Shown: piece after piece, positions 60,553-64,000 of the stretch
Position numbering within the stretch: the stretch's first letter is position 1
How the letters are laid out: every line of letters begins with the position of its first letter
Assembly: GCF_036946305.1 (NCBI RefSeq)
Contig: NZ_JAQIJJ010000005.1
Span: 266,052-330,051, forward strand
DNA: 64,000 bases
Direction of reading: 5' to 3'
Source of the DNA: Sphingomonas adhaesiva
Lineage (GTDB): Bacteria; Pseudomonadota; Alphaproteobacteria; Sphingomonadales; Sphingomonadaceae
Made by a program: the position numbers and the translations under genes
The notes under the pieces: generated by a model
The model's database searches: none
Seen by the model: the letters and a program-made list of their open reading frames with translations, nothing else
Told to the model about the DNA's origin: nothing

Positions 60553-61071
60553 ATGTCCGAAGATTCGACCGGCACGAACGCGGTGGAGCTTGCCACCGAA
60601 CTGACCATCGCGTGGCTGGCCAATCCCAACACCCGCGCCTCGGGTGAGGACGTGCCGGCATTTCTGCGCACGATGCACGATGCGGTGACCAACCTGTCGT
60701 CGACGACTTCCCCCGCCCCGGTCGAGGAAGCGGCGACCGAATACTCGCCCGCCGTGTCGGTGCGCAAATCGCTTGCGTCGAAGGATCATCTGATCTCGCT
60801 GATCGATGGCAAGCCGTACAAGACGCTGCGCCGTCATCTGGCCGGTCATGGCCTGACCCCGGACGATTATCGCGCGCGCTATGGTCTGAAGTCCGACTAT
60901 CCAATGGTCGCCGAAAGCTATTCGCAGGCGCGCCGCGACATGGCGAAGAAGATCGGCCTGGGTCGCAAGCCGGGCCAGCGCCGTGGCGGCGGCGAGAGCG
61001 CCGCGGCGGAAACCCCGGCCGCCGCACCCGCCCCGCGCGGTCGCCGCAAGGCGGCGCCGGCCGAGGCATAA
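60553..61071 (+). CDS. mucR: MucR/Ros-family transcriptional regulator with both zinc-ligand Cys replaced
   Basis: Reads LISLIDGKPYKTLRRHLAGHGLTPDDYRARYGLKSDYPMVAESYSQARRDMAKKIGLG. AGGAG precedes the ATG at 60553. Confidence 0.9.
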   Translation: MSEDSTGTNAVELATELTIAWLANPNTRASGEDVPAFLRTMHDAVTNLSSTTSPAPVEEAATEYSPAVSVRKSLASKDHLISLIDGKPYKTLRRHLAGHGLTPDDYRARYGLKSDYPMVAESYSQARRDMAKKIGLGRKPGQRRGGGESAAAETPAAAPAPRGRRKAAPAEA

Positions 61072-61100
61072 GGAGAAGGACCGCGGCGTCGGGCGGCACC

Positions 61101-61946
61101 ATGTCGGGCGGCGGGGCAATCACGACCCCGATGCGCGACGCGATGGCCGCCCGGCTGCGCGGGCTGGTGGGCAGCGGCGAGGTGGACCTCGCGCGCGCGC
61201 CGGGCGATCCGGGGCTGATCCCGGCCACCTCGCCCGCCTGGGCGGTGCACGGCGATTTCGCCGCGATGATGATCGGCGGCATCTCCGCCCTGCTGCTCCA
61301 GATGCTGCACCCCGGCGCGCTCGCCGGGGTGTGGGACCATAGCGATTTCCGCAACGACCGGCTGCGGCGGCTGCGCCGTACCGCGCAGTTCATCGCGGTC
61401 ACGACCTTCGGCGCGACCGACGCCGCGGAGACCGCCATCGCGCATGTCCGCGCGATCCACGATCGCGTCCACGGGACGCGGCCCGACGGCACACGTTATG
61501 ACGCCAACGACCCCGCGCTGCTGACCTGGGTGCATGTCGCGGAGGTCGACAGCTTCCTGCGCGCCTATCTGCGCTATCGCGACGCGACGCTGGGTGCGGC
61601 GGAGCAGGACCGTTACCTGGCCGATGTCGCGATCGTCGCCGAGCGGCTGGGCGCGCGCGACGTGCCGCGATCCCGCGCCGAGGTGACGGCCTATCTCGCG
61701 CAGGTCCGCCCGCTGCTGCGCGGCGACCATCGCGTGCGCGCGGTGGCCGATGCGCTGCTGGCGCCGGGCGAGGATGCGGCGCAGGCGGCCGGGCTGTCGC
61801 TGGCGAGCGCCGCCGCGGTCGACCTGCTGCCGGACTGGGCCGCGGCGATGCACGACCGCCGTCCCCCGGCGCTGGCGCGGCCGGCGATCCGCGCGGGGGC
61901 AGGCGGCATGAGCCGGTTGGTGCGCTGGGCGTTGCGGCGAGGATGA
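61101..61946 (+). CDS. MpaB/DUF2236-family oxygenase
   Basis: Reads SPAWAVHGDFAAMMIGGISALLLQMLHPGALAGVWDHSDF ... RLRRTAQFI ... VRAIHDRVHG. Confidence 0.85.
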   Translation: MSGGGAITTPMRDAMAARLRGLVGSGEVDLARAPGDPGLIPATSPAWAVHGDFAAMMIGGISALLLQMLHPGALAGVWDHSDFRNDRLRRLRRTAQFIAVTTFGATDAAETAIAHVRAIHDRVHGTRPDGTRYDANDPALLTWVHVAEVDSFLRAYLRYRDATLGAAEQDRYLADVAIVAERLGARDVPRSRAEVTAYLAQVRPLLRGDHRVRAVADALLAPGEDAAQAAGLSLASAAAVDLLPDWAAAMHDRRPPALARPAIRAGAGGMSRLVRWALRRG

Positions 61947-61979
61947 CGGGGGGAGGTACGCCCTGCCCCTCCCATGTCG

Positions 61980-62064
61980 TCACGCCGGGCTTGACCCGGG
62001 GTCCATCTGTCCGCGAGCGCAGCGCGTGTGGGAAGATGGATGCCGGGTCAGGCCCGGCATGACG
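61980..62064. repeat. R1 family nested palindrome
   Basis: GTCACGCCGGGCTTGACCCGGGGTCCATCT ... AGATGGATGCCGGGTCAGGCCCGGCATGAC. Confidence 0.8.
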
Positions 62065-62170
62065 GAGGGGCCGCTTACAGGCCGCGCGCCCCGCACCATC
62101 CGTCCCGTTTCGCCTTGCAACTCAATCGCGGCCACCGCATGATCCGCGGCAAAGAGCAACGGAGAGCGTG

Positions 62171-63595
62171 ATGCAGAGCTACCTCAAGCAATATATCGAT
62201 GGCGCCTGGGTGGAGAGCGAGGGCGGACGCCCCTATCAGGTGATCGATCCCGCGACCGAGCAGCCCTGTACCGAGATCACCCTGGGCACCGCCGCCGACG
62301 TCGACAAGGCGGTCGCCGCCGCGCGGCGCGCGTTCGAGACGTGGTCGCAGACCTCGATCGACGAGCGCAAGGCGCTGCTGACCGCGATCATCGGCGAATA
62401 TAAGAAGCGCATCCCCGATCTGGCGACGTCGATGGCGCAGGAGATGGGCGCGCCGCTGGGCCTCGCGATGGCGGCGCAGGCGCCGACCGGCCTCGCGCAT
62501 TTCGCGACGACGCTGAAGGCGCTCGACACGTTCACCTTCGAGGAGACGGTCGGCAAGGCGAAGGTGGTGCACGAGCCGCTGGGCGTGGTCGCCATGATCA
62601 CGCCGTGGAACTGGCCGCTCAACCAGATCTGCGCGAAGGTCGCGCCGGCGCTGGCGGCGGGCGACACGATGATCCTGAAGCCGTCGGAGGAAGCGCCCGG
62701 CTGCGCTGCGATCCTGGCCGAGATCCTCGACGCGGCGGGGGTGCCGGCGGGCGTGTTCAACCTGGTCAACGGCGACGGGCCGGGCGTGGGCGCGGCGCTC
62801 AGCGCCCACAAGAGCGTCGACATGGTGAGCTTCACCGGCTCCACCCGCGCCGGGATCGCGGTGGCGCAGGCCGCCGCCGCGACCGTCAAGCGCGTGCATC
62901 AGGAACTGGGCGGCAAGGCGGCCAATCTGGTGCTGGAGGGCGCGGATCTGGCACAGGTCCTGCCGCCGACGGTCGCGGGCGTGCTGGCCAATTCCGGGCA
63001 GAGCTGCATCGCGCCGACGCGGCTGCTGGTCCATTCCTCGCAAGTCGCCGACGCGACCGCGATCGTGAAGTCGATGATGGAGCAGACCAAGGTCGGCAAC
63101 CCGCTGGAGGAAGGCCAGCATATCGGCCCCGTCGTCAACAAGGCACAGTATGAGAAGATCCAGGGCCTGATCCAGTCCGCGATCGACGAAGGCGCGACGC
63201 TGGTGACCGGCGGCCCGGGGCGGCCGGACGGGCGCAACTCCGGCTTCTTCATCCAGCCGACGCTGTTCACCGACGTGACGCCGGACATGCGCATCGCGCG
63301 CGAGGAGACGTTCGGCCCGGTGGCGACGATCACCAGCTACGACGATCTGTCGGACGGCGTGCGGATCGCCAACGACACCGAATACGGGCTGTCGGCGACC
63401 GTCTCCGGCGATCCGGCGAAGGCGGCGGAGGTCGCGGGCAAGCTGCGCGCCGGGCTGGTGACGATCAACAGCTGGTCGCCCGACATCGCGGCGCCGTTCG
63501 GCGGGTACAAACAATCGGGCAACGGGCGCGAGAACGGCAAGTACGGGCTGGCGGACTTCATGGAGGTGAAGACCGTGGTGGGGGCGCCGGCTTAA
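62171..63595 (+). CDS. NAD(P)-dependent aldehyde dehydrogenase
   Basis: Contains VHQELGGKA and catalytic Cys in GQSCIAPTRLLV. The ATG at 62171 follows GGAGAG; the track start at 62168 is a GTG. Confidence 0.93.
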   Translation: MQSYLKQYIDGAWVESEGGRPYQVIDPATEQPCTEITLGTAADVDKAVAAARRAFETWSQTSIDERKALLTAIIGEYKKRIPDLATSMAQEMGAPLGLAMAAQAPTGLAHFATTLKALDTFTFEETVGKAKVVHEPLGVVAMITPWNWPLNQICAKVAPALAAGDTMILKPSEEAPGCAAILAEILDAAGVPAGVFNLVNGDGPGVGAALSAHKSVDMVSFTGSTRAGIAVAQAAAATVKRVHQELGGKAANLVLEGADLAQVLPPTVAGVLANSGQSCIAPTRLLVHSSQVADATAIVKSMMEQTKVGNPLEEGQHIGPVVNKAQYEKIQGLIQSAIDEGATLVTGGPGRPDGRNSGFFIQPTLFTDVTPDMRIAREETFGPVATITSYDDLSDGVRIANDTEYGLSATVSGDPAKAAEVAGKLRAGLVTINSWSPDIAAPFGGYKQSGNGRENGKYGLADFMEVKTVVGAPA

Positions 63596-63628
63596 GCGTC
63601 TTTGGGGCTAAGCGAATGAAGGAACTCT

Positions 63629-63727
63629 GCCCCTCCCCTTCAGGGGAGGGGTCAGGGGTGGGGGGAGCCTCGCAGAGAGTGACGCCTTTGACTGCCCCAC
63701 CCCAACCCCTCCCCTAAAGGGGAGGGG
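63629..63727. repeat. R3 family palindromic element
   Basis: GCCCCTCCCCTTCAGGGGAGGGGTCAGGGGTGGGGG ... CCCCACCCCAACCCCTCCCCTAAAGGGGAGGGGC. Confidence 0.8.
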
Positions 63728-63741
63728 CTTTTGTTTGTTAT

Positions 63742-63763
63742 TCCCCTCCCCTTCAGGGAGGGG
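63742..63763. repeat. extra solo R3 hairpin
   Basis: CCCCTCCCCTTCAGGGAGGGGC, 15 nt after the full element. Confidence 0.6.
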
Positions 63764-63808
63764 CTTCTAGTGGCGGGGCCGGGTCTCACCGAAACCGCCT
63801 CTTCACCT

Positions 63809-64000
63809 CACATCGCGTTCAGCATTTCGATGTGATGCTCGACCACCGGCGCGATGCCGGCGGCGACCGTCTTGAGCGGGGCGGCGGTGCCGTTGTCGGC
63901 ATAGCCGCGGTGGAGCGCCAGCGCCTTCTGGTGCGCCGTCTTCTGCTGCGTGACATAGGCCGTGTCGCGCGCGGTGCCGGTCTGCGCGCGCAGGTCCGCG
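63809..64000 (-). CDS. DUF4142-like protein, C-terminal fragment (5' end outside window)
   Basis: My own minus-strand translation reads ...TAYVTQQKTAHQKALALHRGYADNGTAAPLKTVAAGIAPVVEHHIEMLNAM, with the stop at 63809-63811. It is not in the ORF track because no start lies inside the window. Confidence 0.55.

Overview
A 64-kb, high-GC chromosomal segment with alphaproteobacterial gene content (MucR/Ros, DUF1013/TrcR, HisKA_2 kinase, hflKC-degP, ccmFGH). A sphingomonad origin is my inference only. I support about 60 protein-coding genes, mostly housekeeping. In order: acnA (5' truncated), an APC permease, lysR, the leucine-catabolic genes ivd-mccB-mccA, mrp/apbC, hflK-hflC-degP, a DUF853 NTPase, hom, an OPT transporter, queA-ppi, coaD-ispA-xseB, an acyl-CoA ligase, a 7TM-GGDEF cyclase, clpA, qor, an LpxH-like phosphoesterase overlapping a GT4 gene (plcP-agt type), trcR-like, exoX, a translationally coupled CHASE3 kinase / receiver / REC-HisKA_2 kinase triad, cysQ-cysD-cysNC, an LLM monooxygenase / Zn-ADH / P450 operon, ccmF-ccmG-ccmH, a low-GC fic gene, two amidohydrolases, mucR, mpaB and an aldehyde dehydrogenase. 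I found no rRNA, tRNA, CRISPR array, integrase or transposase. Nearly every longer intergenic spacer holds one of at least six families of nested-palindrome (REP/MITE-like) repeats. Main leads: (1) a DUF559 nuclease gene sits inside a ~490-bp element with ~60-bp modular terminal inverted repeats, antisense between mccB and mccA; a cargo-less copy of the same end architecture lies between cysD and cysN, and a solo hairpin between ivd and mccB. (2) An orphan strong intrinsic terminator follows a CU-rich, lower-GC stretch between hom and the OPT gene, suggesting an sRNA or leader attenuator. (3) A ~1.3-kb low-GC fic islet lies upstream of ccmF. (4) The plcP-agt pair has phased Pho-box-like heptamers upstream. 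Many long ORFs in the six-frame track are high-GC shadow frames and were rejected. All function calls rest on motifs I recognise by eye; no database search was run.
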